64,000 nucleotides of DNA from assembly GCA_051011415.1 (NCBI GenBank), contig JBPCTY010000002.1, positions 7,104 through 71,103 on the forward strand, in the 5' to 3' direction. Shown in pieces: positions 39,725-47,955 of this stretch; position 1 is the stretch's first letter, and each line of letters opens with the position of its first letter. The position numbers and the translations under genes are program-made. Under the pieces are notes generated by a model, which made no database searches, was not told the DNA's origin, and saw only the letters and a list, made by a program, of their open reading frames with translations. Source of the stretch: Acidimicrobiia bacterium (lineage in GTDB: Bacteria; Actinomycetota; Acidimicrobiia; Spongiisociales; UBA5794).

Positions 39725-40923
39725 CTCGACGACTCTTCTTTCTCGCGCTCGCACTGGCAACCTTCTTTGTTGCCGCGCCTGCGGTCGGGTCTGACCTCGA
39801 GACCGACCTTGACCGTGTCAAGGAGGAGATTGCCGAAGTCAGATCCCGGGTTCGCGCTGCTGGATCCGAACGTTCGCAGCTAACGAGGGACCTCCTTGCC
39901 GCTGCCGAGCTACTCGAGGATGCGGAGAAGGAAGTCGCGGCTGCTTCAGCCGAGCTTGAGCGTGTGAGCCTTGCGATTGATCAGAGAAGCCTTGATCTCG
40001 GTGCGGTACGTGAGCGCCTTGCCGGCCAACTCGATGCCCTCGGAGAGGTGAGGGAAAAGCGCGACGGCGCAAAGAACGACGCCGAGAATTGGGCCCTTCA
40101 GGCCTACATGGGCGGTTCCACCGCACAGCCCTCGATCGCATTCAACGCGGAGGCGATCGCCGATGTCTCGGTTGGCGTGGCGTATCTCGACGTGCTGTCC
40201 GGGCATAGTTCGACGGCCGCCGACCGGTACAACGAGCTGGTTGTTGTCGAGGAGGCTCAGGAAGCCGAGATCCGGGTGGTTGAGGATGGGATCGAGGCCG
40301 AGGTCGCGGAACTGCAGGCGTTGGGTCTCCGCCTTGGAAAGCTGCAGGACGATCTTCATGCCAGACGCGGAGAGCTGGCATTTGCTGTCGCAGAGCAACA
40401 GCAGCTCTTGGACGAGGTCGAATCCCAGATAGGGGAGTTCGAGGGAGAACTTGCGGCCCTCGCCAAGGAAGAGACGTCGATTCGGGCCGAGATCGCAGCT
40501 GCCACGCCACCGGAGAGTGCGCCCAGCATTTCGATCTCTGCTTCAGGATGGGTGCGGCCGGTTCCGGGAGGGGTCTCGTCAGGCTTCGGAATGCGTGTCC
40601 ACCCGATCACCGGGGATAACCGGATGCACAATGGGTGGGACATGAATGCCGCTATGGGTGAACCGATCAAGGCTGGGAAGGCCGGAACGGTGATCCTTTC
40701 AGGCGTCAAGGGTGGGTACGGCAACACCGTCATGATTGACCACGGCGGCGGTTTTGTGACCTTGTACGCCCACCAATCCAAGCTGGGAGTATCCGTGGGG
40801 CAATCTGTCTCCGCGGGACAGGTGATCGGATACGTCGGATCGACTGGCCAGTCCACGGCCCCGCATCTCCACTTCGAAGTCCGCGTCAACGGCAACCCCG
40901 TGAACCCTGGGAAGTACTACTAG
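39721..40923 (+). CDS. Coiled-coil M23 (LytM-type) peptidoglycan endopeptidase, EnvC/PcsB-like partner of FtsEX
   Basis: 4-nt overlap with ftsX. A signal peptide and a ~250-aa coiled-coil region are followed by an M23 domain with intact metal ligands ([14 protein letters not shown] ... HLHFEVR). Confidence 0.88.
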   Translation: MTRRLFFLALALATFFVAAPAVGSDLETDLDRVKEEIAEVRSRVRAAGSERSQLTRDLLAAAELLEDAEKEVAAASAELERVSLAIDQRSLDLGAVRERLAGQLDALGEVREKRDGAKNDAENWALQAYMGGSTAQPSIAFNAEAIADVSVGVAYLDVLSGHSSTAADRYNELVVVEEAQEAEIRVVEDGIEAEVAELQALGLRLGKLQDDLHARRGELAFAVAEQQQLLDEVESQIGEFEGELAALAKEETSIRAEIAAATPPESAPSISISASGWVRPVPGGVSSGFGMRVHPITGDNRMHNGWDMNAAMGEPIKAGKAGTVILSGVKGGYGNTVMIDHGGGFVTLYAHQSKLGVSVGQSVSAGQVIGYVGSTGQSTAPHLHFEVRVNGNPVNPGKYY

Positions 40924-40958
40924 ACCAGCTTTGGGTCTTGGGTGCCTGACCGACGCAT

Positions 40959-41435
40959 TTGACCGATAGTCTCCCGCCTATGTCTGGACGCAAGGTTGTT
41001 GCCACGAATCGCCAGGCCCGGTTCAACTACGAGATCCTCGATACGTTCGAAGCGGGCATGGTTCTCCGCGGATCCGAGGTCAAATCGCTGCGTGCGGCCC
41101 AGGTGCAGCTGAAGGACTCGTACGCATCGATCCGCGACGGTGAGATCTGGCTTGAGAGCGCCCATATCGCTCCGTATTCCTTCGCCGAAGATGGCGGGCA
41201 TGAGCCAGAGCGTCCACGCAAGCTTCTATTGCACCGTCGCGAGATCGATCGCCTCTACGGCCGGATCAGAGAAGAAGGTTTGACCCTCATACCGATGCAG
41301 GTGTACTTCGTCGACGGGAGAGCAAAGGTCGAGCTGGGGCTTGGAAAAGGGAAGAGCCGCCACGACAAGAGGCGCTCCATTGTGGAACGTCAGCAGAAGC
41401 GTGAAATGGCGAGAGCGAAGAGCACCCGGCGCTAG
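40959..41435 (+). CDS. smpB: SsrA-binding protein SmpB
   Basis: SmpB similarity (ATNRQARFNYEILDTFEAG..., LLLHRREI). It is followed by the tmRNA gene about 1 kb downstream. Confidence 0.93.
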   Translation: MTDSLPPMSGRKVVATNRQARFNYEILDTFEAGMVLRGSEVKSLRAAQVQLKDSYASIRDGEIWLESAHIAPYSFAEDGGHEPERPRKLLLHRREIDRLYGRIREEGLTLIPMQVYFVDGRAKVELGLGKGKSRHDKRRSIVERQQKREMARAKSTRR

Positions 41436-41473
41436 TCGGGCTCCCCGATGGGCAGCCGCCCGTCCAAAGCAGG

Positions 41474-42331
41474 CTACGCCTGGGGTTCGTAGCCGTCGAG
41501 GGTCGTGACAAGGTTGAGGATCTGTGCCTCATCGAGATACCCCGCTGCTCGGTACAGGACCGTGCCATCGCCACTGGTGACAAGCCAGAACGGGAACGCG
41601 GACACACCCATTTGGCCCGCAAGGGTGAGGTCGTCGTCGACGACAACGGTGAAGGGGAACTGTTCGGCCGCAAGGTACGTATCGAGCGGGTTTCCCCGGC
41701 TTGGATCGATTGACGTGGTGACGGTCGCGACTTCGATGTCCGGATATGTGTCGGCCAGCATGGCGTGCATTGCGGAGAGGGTTGGGAGTTCTTCTTGGCA
41801 GTAGGGGCACCAATGCGCCCACACCATCCAGATTCGCTTGGTGCCGTCGTCAGGTGCAATCGAAAGTGCCTCGCCGGAGTAGGCGTCCAGGCCGTTGACG
41901 GATCCGAGTGACATGCCAATTGCGGTGTCGGCTTGGTCCCTAGCCCAGCGGGGGAGTGAGCCGGAGGGGAGTGACGGCGCAGGGGTTGCTGCAGGCTGTG
42001 GTGTGTCGTCGCTCAGCGTTGCAACATCCTGGCTGACCTGACCGACGGCGGTGTTTACGTCGGCGACCTGAGTCTCAAGGGTTGCGAGCTCGGCACGGGT
42101 CGCTGAGAGATCGGATTGCGTAGAGCTCAGAGTGGTGACGAGATACACCTGGCTTGCAGCGAGCAGCACGACAAGCACGCCGCCAGCAACAGCGAACGGG
42201 ATCCACCATCTCGGCGTTCCGACGGTGGGTTCCGGTGTTGCCGGAGTGTCCGTAGGCGCATCGCTGAGATCAGGCGCAGCTGCTGGATCAGCCGGCTGAG
42301 CAGTTGGTTCTGGCGCTACGTCCTCGGTCAT
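41474..42331 (-). CDS. Membrane-anchored thioredoxin-fold protein (TlpA/ResA-like, WCPYC)
   Basis: A Pro/Ala/Thr-rich N-terminus, one TM and a coiled-coil-like spacer precede a thioredoxin fold with WAHWCPYCQEELP. Confidence 0.8.
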   Translation of the reverse strand: MTEDVAPEPTAQPADPAAAPDLSDAPTDTPATPEPTVGTPRWWIPFAVAGGVLVVLLAASQVYLVTTLSSTQSDLSATRAELATLETQVADVNTAVGQVSQDVATLSDDTPQPAATPAPSLPSGSLPRWARDQADTAIGMSLGSVNGLDAYSGEALSIAPDDGTKRIWMVWAHWCPYCQEELPTLSAMHAMLADTYPDIEVATVTTSIDPSRGNPLDTYLAAEQFPFTVVVDDDLTLAGQMGVSAFPFWLVTSGDGTVLYRAAGYLDEAQILNLVTTLDGYEPQA

Positions 42332-42407
42332 GGCGCGGAGGCTAGCCGCCGGCTGTCGTAGCGGGCACTGTGCGCCATGGAGGGGTCTGGCGGTACGATT
42401 CGGGGGT

Positions 42408-42426
42408 GGACGTGAGTCTCACGTCC
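42408..42426 (+). promoter_or_regulatory. Perfect 9+1+9 palindrome GGACGTGAGTCTCACGTCC in the predicted tmRNA 5' leader
   Basis: Read directly from the sequence. It lies 11 nt upstream of the tmRNA 5' GGGG. A TACGAT (-10-like) is at 42394-42399. Confidence 0.35.
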
Positions 42427-42436
42427 CCACATCTGT

Positions 42437-42800
42437 GGGGGTGACATGGTTTCGACCGTGAGGGTTGAGGCGCCGGAAGCGAGCCGAGGTCCCCGGAGTC
42501 CTCGTTAAAGAGCCGGGACATATATAAGTGCAGACGAAAGTTACGCACTGGCAGCGTAGATAAACGCTCCTGTCCTCCCGGAGGGTGCCCACCCCGCCGG
42601 ATCAGGGCAACGCAATGTGGGATGCCCCCGCCGGGGTTCCGGGACTGGTGGGGTAAGACAATTCCGGATAGGGCGCGAGGGTGCTTGCCGACAGAGTCCT
42701 CGTGTTCCGAATGCTCGCTGTTGGCTGCGCTCGGAGATGCCGACGCTGATGTCTCTCGGGACGGGGGTTCGATTCCCCCCACCTCCACCACGCACAACTG
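42437..42800 (+). ncRNA. ssrA: tmRNA (SsrA)
   Basis: The 5' end is GGGGGUGACAUGGUUUCGAC. The 3' end is a tRNA-like GGGGGUUCGAUUCCCCCCACCUCCACCA. The internal tag frame GCA GAC GAA AGU UAC GCA CUG GCA GCG UAG (42530-42559) encodes ADESYALAA, with the canonical YALAA end. Confidence 0.9.
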
Positions 42801-42803
42801 CCG

Positions 42804-42840
42804 CGCATATCGCGCGGCAGTTGTTGTTTCTGGGTGGCCG
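42804..42840. terminator. Stem-loop terminator after ssrA (also downstream of the convergent HxlR gene)
   Basis: A 13-bp stem ACAACTGCCGCGC / GCGCGGCAGTTGT with a 5-nt loop is followed by TGTTTCT. Confidence 0.6.
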
Positions 42841-42841
42841 G

Positions 42842-43399
42842 CTAGTCCGCTTGGTGAGTTGCCAGCCTGCCCTCGAGGACCCGTTTTTGCACGATCTCTG
42901 GAATTGGATCGATCCCGAGGTTGAACGCGTTGATCGGCTCTTGGCAATGCCCGCACACGGTCATCGTGTGCATTACGGCGCCACAGTCAGTGTGGGTGAG
43001 CTTGACGGGGTCCTCGCCATCCGTGGCCCATTTGTCGCCCCATGCAAGAAGAGTGGTGAGCATCGGTACGAGATCGCGCCCCTTTTCTGTCAACCGGTAC
43101 TCGTAGCGCGGTGGGTGCTCCTGATATTGCTCCTTGCGCATGATGCCGCTCTCCACCAGCGAGGTGAGTCGCGAGGCGAGGATGTTCTTTGCGATGCCAA
43201 GGCTGTCCTGGAAGTCGGCGAATCTGCGGATGCCGTAGAACGAGTCCCTCAGAATCAGGAAGGTCCACCGTTCGCCGATCTGCTCCAGCGTCCGAGCCAC
43301 TGAGCAGTCGAGGTCCTTGTACATGCCCGGAGGTGTGCTTGATGGTTCGTTGGCGATCATCTTGCCATTGTACAAAGGAGGGTTGTGTTTTGCAACCAA
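42842..43399 (-). CDS. HxlR-family transcriptional regulator with C-terminal Cys/His extension
   Basis: It has the HxlR winged-helix core (CSVARTLEQIGERWTFLILRDSF...YRLTEKGRDL) and an extra C-terminal ~70 aa containing HTDCGAVMHTMTVCGHC. The start is uncertain (TTG 43399, ATG 43360 or ATG 43324). Confidence 0.85.
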   Translation of the reverse strand: MVAKHNPPLYNGKMIANEPSSTPPGMYKDLDCSVARTLEQIGERWTFLILRDSFYGIRRFADFQDSLGIAKNILASRLTSLVESGIMRKEQYQEHPPRYEYRLTEKGRDLVPMLTTLLAWGDKWATDGEDPVKLTHTDCGAVMHTMTVCGHCQEPINAFNLGIDPIPEIVQKRVLEGRLATHQAD

Positions 43400-43419
43400 C
43401 TAGGGTAGAGTGGGTTGCA
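43391..43419. promoter_or_regulatory. Inverted repeat TGCAACCAAC-N9-GTGGGTTGCA between the HxlR gene and the divergent small ORF
   Basis: Read directly from the sequence; 9 of 10 arm positions are complementary. It is a candidate HxlR operator. Confidence 0.3.
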
Positions 43420-43445
43420 TAAAGAAACCGACTAGGAGGGACAAC

Positions 43446-43613
43446 ATGATCCGCACCATCGCTGAGAGCTTCAGAACGACTGCCTGGCGCCGTATGGCTC
43501 TCGACTTCACGGGTATTGACCTCGGTCTAGACATGCGCGACATCGTGGCTGATCTTGATTGGAGTGGCGGAGCACCTGACACACGGCACGCAGGAGCAAG
43601 AGATGTTGCGTGA
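43446..43613 (+). CDS. Hypothetical 55-aa protein
   Basis: A strong AGGAGG lies 6 nt upstream of ATG 43446. The ORF overlaps the start of the following hydrolase gene by 11 nt. I recognise no family. Confidence 0.3.
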   Translation: MIRTIAESFRTTAWRRMALDFTGIDLGLDMRDIVADLDWSGGAPDTRHAGARDVA

Positions 43614-44439
43614 ACGTGCCGTGCAGCGTGGGGCCCGCACGCTTTCACAGGTGAGCGCACCTGTCGCGGGACGGCTTGCCGTCCGTTTGTGGTTCACACC
43701 GTTTCCGCTCGGGCTGGGTCGTGGCGAAGGAGTCACGTGGGCCGACGAGACGACCAGTATCGGCAATGCCTCGGTCCACCGTGTTGGAGAGGGCACCAGG
43801 CGTGCGTTGCTCGTTCACGGTTGGGCCGGTTCGTCCCGTCAGTTCCGGAGAATCGCTGATGGCTTGGTCGACGCAGGATTCACAGTCTTCATGGTCGATT
43901 TGCCCGCGCACGGCTCGGCTTCGGGAACGACAACGGATGTCCCTCAGATCGCTGAAGCCCTCGGCGACGTTGCTTCGCAGCTAGGTGACTTCGATCTCAT
44001 CGTCGCACACTCGCTTGGAGCAATGGCCACCGGCGTCGCTCTCGCTGACACGCCGTTGGCCGCCGACCGATTGGTCTTTGTGGCGCCTGGCATCAAGCCA
44101 CGGATGATGATCAGCAAGTTTGTCGAGGAGACCGGGTTCTCCGCAGAAGTTGAAGCCGCTGTGGCAGAGGAGATGGAGTCACGGTTCGGTAAGGACGTGT
44201 GGGATTGGGTTCCCGCACGGTCACAGGCGTTGAAGCCGCCCTCCGGATCGATCGTGATTCACGACATCGACGACGACCGAGTGCCCGTCGAGGAGGGCAG
44301 GGCGCTGGCCGATGCGTGGGGTGTGCCGATCGTTGAAACGGTTGGATACGGGCACAACGGGGTATTGCGGGCGCCGGAAACAATCGATGCGATCGTCAAC
44401 GGCGTTGTGTTCCGAACACCGGCTGCACGTCGCGGCTAG
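43603..44439 (+). CDS. Alpha/beta-fold hydrolase
   Basis: It has LLVHGWAGS (oxyanion HG), the nucleophile elbow AHSLGA and a C-terminal GYGHNG His. ATG 43603 is preceded by AGGAG. Confidence 0.8.
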   Translation: MLRERAVQRGARTLSQVSAPVAGRLAVRLWFTPFPLGLGRGEGVTWADETTSIGNASVHRVGEGTRRALLVHGWAGSSRQFRRIADGLVDAGFTVFMVDLPAHGSASGTTTDVPQIAEALGDVASQLGDFDLIVAHSLGAMATGVALADTPLAADRLVFVAPGIKPRMMISKFVEETGFSAEVEAAVAEEMESRFGKDVWDWVPARSQALKPPSGSIVIHDIDDDRVPVEEGRALADAWGVPIVETVGYGHNGVLRAPETIDAIVNGVVFRTPAARRG

Positions 44440-44909
44440 GTCTCGGTACCGAGCATCGCAATCGCGTTCGCTACGAGGCGAACCGTTGGAACCGAATCGA
44501 GCTCGGCCAGCGTCTTCCACTCGGCACCGTCGACCGAGCCGTCGACCTCGGTGACACGTGGCTGCCCGACAAGGTCCGCGGTATAGAGCATGCGTATGGC
44601 GTGCATTGCCGGTCTCTCTGCCCGTTTGTCGAATACCTGTGAGTCGATGCCAAGAAATGCAAATTCGGTGAGCTCGAAGCCGGCTTCCTCATACACCTCA
44701 CGTTTCAAGGCGTCATCAGGGTGTTCCCCCCACTCCACGCCTCCGCCCGGCAGGGTCCAGGAGCCCTCGCCTGGGTAGCCGGGAGCGATACGTACCAGAA
44801 GAATCCGTCCATCTGTGACCGCAACGACATACGAGGCGAGTCTTGTGCGGCGCTTTTGCATGGACCCGCACGCTACCGATTGGAGCTTGCTGCGTCGACT
44901 GAGACGCAA
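44436..44909 (-). CDS. NUDIX hydrolase
   Basis: The Nudix box is [24 protein letters not shown]. The start may be the internal ATG at 44861. Confidence 0.85.
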   Translation of the reverse strand: MRLSRRSKLQSVACGSMQKRRTRLASYVVAVTDGRILLVRIAPGYPGEGSWTLPGGGVEWGEHPDDALKREVYEEAGFELTEFAFLGIDSQVFDKRAERPAMHAIRMLYTADLVGQPRVTEVDGSVDGAEWKTLAELDSVPTVRLVANAIAMLGTET

Positions 44910-44954
44910 GAAAGGGCACCCGAAGGTGCCCTTTCCCGCCTGTTCAAGGCTAGA

Positions 44955-46208
44955 TCAGCCTGGGATCTGGATGTCTCCGATGAGGGCAGGCTCGCCGAGG
45001 GCGATGTAGTGCCTGATCAGCGCCCTTCGATAGTCGCGAAGCGCTTCGTGGAGGTCTCCCCACCTGCCATTGAGCCCGGAACCGGACTCTGTCACCGAGC
45101 GCACCCGGTCGACGGCCTTGAGTACCGCACCCTTTGCGGCGTACAAGGCATCGAAGGTCTCTGGTGACTCTTCGGCGGTCTCGGACGCTGCCGCAGTTGT
45201 TTGGACAACGTAGTCGGTGACACGGTCGAGGTAGTCACTCAGAGCCTTCTCTGGGCTCTCATCGTGCTCCTTGCGGACTGTCGAGGCCGATTCCTTTGCA
45301 GCTTCGTAGATCGCAAGCACCTGGCCGTTGATGTCCTTGAGGGCAGCTATGGACTTTGCAGCCTTCGCTGCATCAGTCAGAGCTGCGACCTCAGCGGCTG
45401 CCGTCGTGTAGACATCTGCAGCAGCAGGGATCTGTGCAGCAGTAGCAGCGGATTCGAGGATCGCTGTCTTGCGCTCGATGAGCGACAGAGTGTTCCGTCG
45501 TGCATCTGCAAGGGCTTCAGCAGCCTTCTCGGCTTCGGTCTTTTCCTTTGGCTCTTCATTCTTGGGCTCGTCACCCTTTGCGCCCTGGGCCCGGTCCATG
45601 GTGGAGTTGTAGATCGAGTGGGCCTCGTTCTTGAGTGCATACGCAGCATCTGGTGTTGTCGCCGCCTCGATGAGGGGGAAAAGCGCCTGCAGTTGTGCGA
45701 TGCCTGCAGCAACGATCGCCTGTGCATCTGGGTCGTCACAGCCCTCGATCCACTTGCTGAGAGCGTTGATCTTGGATTCGACCTTGCCGCGGGCCGCATT
45801 CTTCGCCTTGGCCAACTCCTCCTCAGGAGTCTCGCCGACCTGATCGGCTGCAGCCTTGGTCTCGTTGAAGATCGCGTGCGCCTGGTCCTTCAGGCCCCAC
45901 AATGTCTCGACTGTGTTGGCTTCCATGACGCTGTGATCGCGGAGCGTGGTGAGCTCGTTGATACCGCCTTGGTAGACAGCCTTCCTCTCTTCATTCGAAG
46001 TCTCAGCCTTGTAGTGGCCGAGCTTGTTGATCTTGTAGTTGTACGTCTCAAGAACCGTTGCACGAACGGATTCGAGATCATCGCCACCACTCGAGCCGGC
46101 CTGCACCGGTGCGAATGCGGTTGTGGCGAGCATCGCCAACGCAAGCAGAAGCACAACAAGGGCCCTTCGTAGGCCGTGTGTTACGCCGGAATTTGCATAC
46201 TCATGCAT
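44955..46208 (-). CDS. Secreted alanine-rich helical-repeat protein of unknown function
   Basis: Start at MHEYANSG. Signal peptide LRRALVVLLLALAMLATTAFAPVQA. About four ~85-95-aa units follow, ending in related helices (LKDQAHAIFNETK / LKNEAHSIYNSTM / LKDINGQVLAIYEAAK / ALYAAKGAVLKAV). I recognise no family. Confidence 0.65.
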   Translation of the reverse strand: MHEYANSGVTHGLRRALVVLLLALAMLATTAFAPVQAGSSGGDDLESVRATVLETYNYKINKLGHYKAETSNEERKAVYQGGINELTTLRDHSVMEANTVETLWGLKDQAHAIFNETKAAADQVGETPEEELAKAKNAARGKVESKINALSKWIEGCDDPDAQAIVAAGIAQLQALFPLIEAATTPDAAYALKNEAHSIYNSTMDRAQGAKGDEPKNEEPKEKTEAEKAAEALADARRNTLSLIERKTAILESAATAAQIPAAADVYTTAAAEVAALTDAAKAAKSIAALKDINGQVLAIYEAAKESASTVRKEHDESPEKALSDYLDRVTDYVVQTTAAASETAEESPETFDALYAAKGAVLKAVDRVRSVTESGSGLNGRWGDLHEALRDYRRALIRHYIALGEPALIGDIQIPG

Positions 46209-46446
46209 GTGGTCTCCACCTCTTGTCAGAGCAACCCGTCTTCCCCTCACATCGGATTCCGACCCCGACGCCAGCGAAGGGATGAATCACGCGTTGCTTC
46301 GATCCCTATGACCTGACTATCGACATTTGGGCGTCCGAACTAGATAGGTCGAACGCCCCAACCGCGCCAAATGCTGGAAGATGTGGCTGTGGCCGCCGCC
46401 GTCCGGTGCCGCTGTGCTTGCATAGGGCGCAGGAAGAGGGAGGAGC

Positions 46447-46950
46447 ATGCATCGAACCGGGTCTGAGCACGAGTTGCTTCTTGAATTCATACGCCTGAAT
46501 CGTCGGACCGTTCTCTGGAAACTGGACGGTTTGACGGAAGAACAGGCCAGAAAGCGAGTGGTCGGCTCACATACGACATTGCTCGGCATTGTGAACCACC
46601 TCGCGCACGTTGAGCGCTACTGGGTGCTGCAGGTGGTCGGTGGCCGTTCAGTCGATCTCCCGTGGTCGAGAGACAACCCCGACGCCGACTGGATCATCGC
46701 CTCCGATGAGACGATTGAGTCGGTGCTCGATTTCTACGACGCCCAGATCGCGATGTGTGATGCGGTGCTTGAGGCACAGGGCGATCTCGGGCGTGAGATC
46801 GAAGTGGGGGACAGACGGACCTCGGTTCGCTGGGTGTTGCTGCACCTCATCGAGGAGATCGCTCGCCACGCAGGTCATGCTGACATTCTTCGCGAGATGA
46901 TCGACGAGACCACCGGCTACTTCCCTGCAGAGCCGCGGTGGGGTTCGTGA
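46447..46950 (+). CDS. DinB/DUF664-family four-helix-bundle protein
   Basis: The motifs LLGIVNHLAHVERYW and LLHLIEEIARHAGHADILRE are typical of DinB_2/DUF664. Confidence 0.8.
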   Translation: MHRTGSEHELLLEFIRLNRRTVLWKLDGLTEEQARKRVVGSHTTLLGIVNHLAHVERYWVLQVVGGRSVDLPWSRDNPDADWIIASDETIESVLDFYDAQIAMCDAVLEAQGDLGREIEVGDRRTSVRWVLLHLIEEIARHAGHADILREMIDETTGYFPAEPRWGS

Positions 46951-47468
46951 AGCCGATCGAAGTTCGTCGAATTCGCGCCGACGAATGGGACATGCTCAGA
47001 AGCATCAGGCTGTGTGCCTTGGAGGAGAGCCCGCTTTCGTTCATCACAACATTGGGTGAGGCTCGAGCGCATCCTCAGCAGCTATGGGTCGATCGTGCCC
47101 ACGCTGGTGCAGTTGGCCCGGACCAGATCACGATGGTTGCGGTACGGGGGAGTGACGCCGTCGGGCTCGCCATCGGATTGCGGCGAAGAAAGCCGCCTCT
47201 CGATGTGGTGCCGGTCGTGTCGGTGTTTGTAAGAGATGCGGTGCGCCGCCAAGGAGTCGCCGGGTCATTGATGAATGGTGTTGAGACGTGGGCGCGTGAG
47301 GGCGGAGCGACCACGACGTCGCTGTGGGTGGTTGAAGGAAACGGCGATGCGCGCGCCTTCTATGAGCAGCGGGGATACATCGAGACGCTCGATCGCAAGA
47401 AGATCCGGGTACCGCCCGAGAGGTGGGAGCGCCGATTCGAGAAGCCGCTGGAAGTGCCTGCTAGCTGA
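46938..47468 (+). CDS. GNAT-family N-acetyltransferase
   Basis: It has the acetyl-CoA motif VRDAVRRQGVAGSLM and a C-terminal ARAFYEQRGY. It overlaps the upstream stop. Confidence 0.8.
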   Translation: MGFVKPIEVRRIRADEWDMLRSIRLCALEESPLSFITTLGEARAHPQQLWVDRAHAGAVGPDQITMVAVRGSDAVGLAIGLRRRKPPLDVVPVVSVFVRDAVRRQGVAGSLMNGVETWAREGGATTTSLWVVEGNGDARAFYEQRGYIETLDRKKIRVPPERWERRFEKPLEVPAS

Positions 47469-47955
47469 AGGGTTGTGCCAGTCCATCGATGACGGTGGTC
47501 GAAGGCATCCGACTGAATACCTCGGGGTCAACCTTGACCTTCATGTCCCTGGTCCCGCCGCCAACGATTACCCATGGGTGATCCATCACTGCTCCATCTA
47601 CGAAGAGCGGCATGTCGTCTGGCCTGCCGAACGGCGTCACACCACCCATCACCATGCCAGTCAGCTCCGCAGTGAGCTCTGGAGGCGCGAAAGAGACCTT
47701 CTTGACCTCCATCGCATCGCGTCCCTTGCGGTTCACATCGAGGCGGGTCGTCGCCAATACGAGGAACATCGCATGGACGCCCTGTGGGCGTTTCGAGGCA
47801 AGGACGATCGCATTGGCTGATTGCTCCGGGGGGATGTCGTACGCCGCACAGAAGGCTGCGGTGTCGGCGAGATCGGGATCGCACTCCATGGTCGAGTAAT
47901 CAGCATCGAGCGCGTCAAGGCTTGCGGTCACCAGCTGACGGAGATCGGCTGTCAC
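47461..47955 (-). CDS. YbaK/ProX-type aminoacyl-tRNA editing (deacylase) domain protein
   Basis: It has the GGVTPFG motif and overall YbaK-like length. GTG 47955 overlaps the pfk stop (GTGA). Confidence 0.8.
   Translation of the reverse strand: MTADLRQLVTASLDALDADYSTMECDPDLADTAAFCAAYDIPPEQSANAIVLASKRPQGVHAMFLVLATTRLDVNRKGRDAMEVKKVSFAPPELTAELTGMVMGGVTPFGRPDDMPLFVDGAVMDHPWVIVGGGTRDMKVKVDPEVFSRMPSTTVIDGLAQPFS

Noticed and set aside
42342-43303. Track ORFs 42342..42956(-), 42541..42795(-), 42602..42808(-), 42617..43303(+) and 42622..42924(+).
   Set aside because: They overlap the tmRNA gene and its terminator. The RNA call explains the region.
46329-46365. Imperfect hairpin GGGCGTCCGAAC-N7-GTCGAACGCCC in the divergent region between the helical-repeat gene and the DinB gene.
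   Set aside because: It cannot be a terminator because both flanking genes read away from it. The arms are imperfect. There is too little evidence to call it an operator.
42801-46446. Genomic island integrated at the tmRNA 3' end (HxlR to the helical-repeat protein).
   Set aside because: The gene content looks accessory. However, I found no integrase and, by eye, no downstream direct repeat of the tmRNA 3' end (GGTTCGATTCCCCCCACCTCCACCA). Confirming this needs a computational repeat search and comparative genomics.
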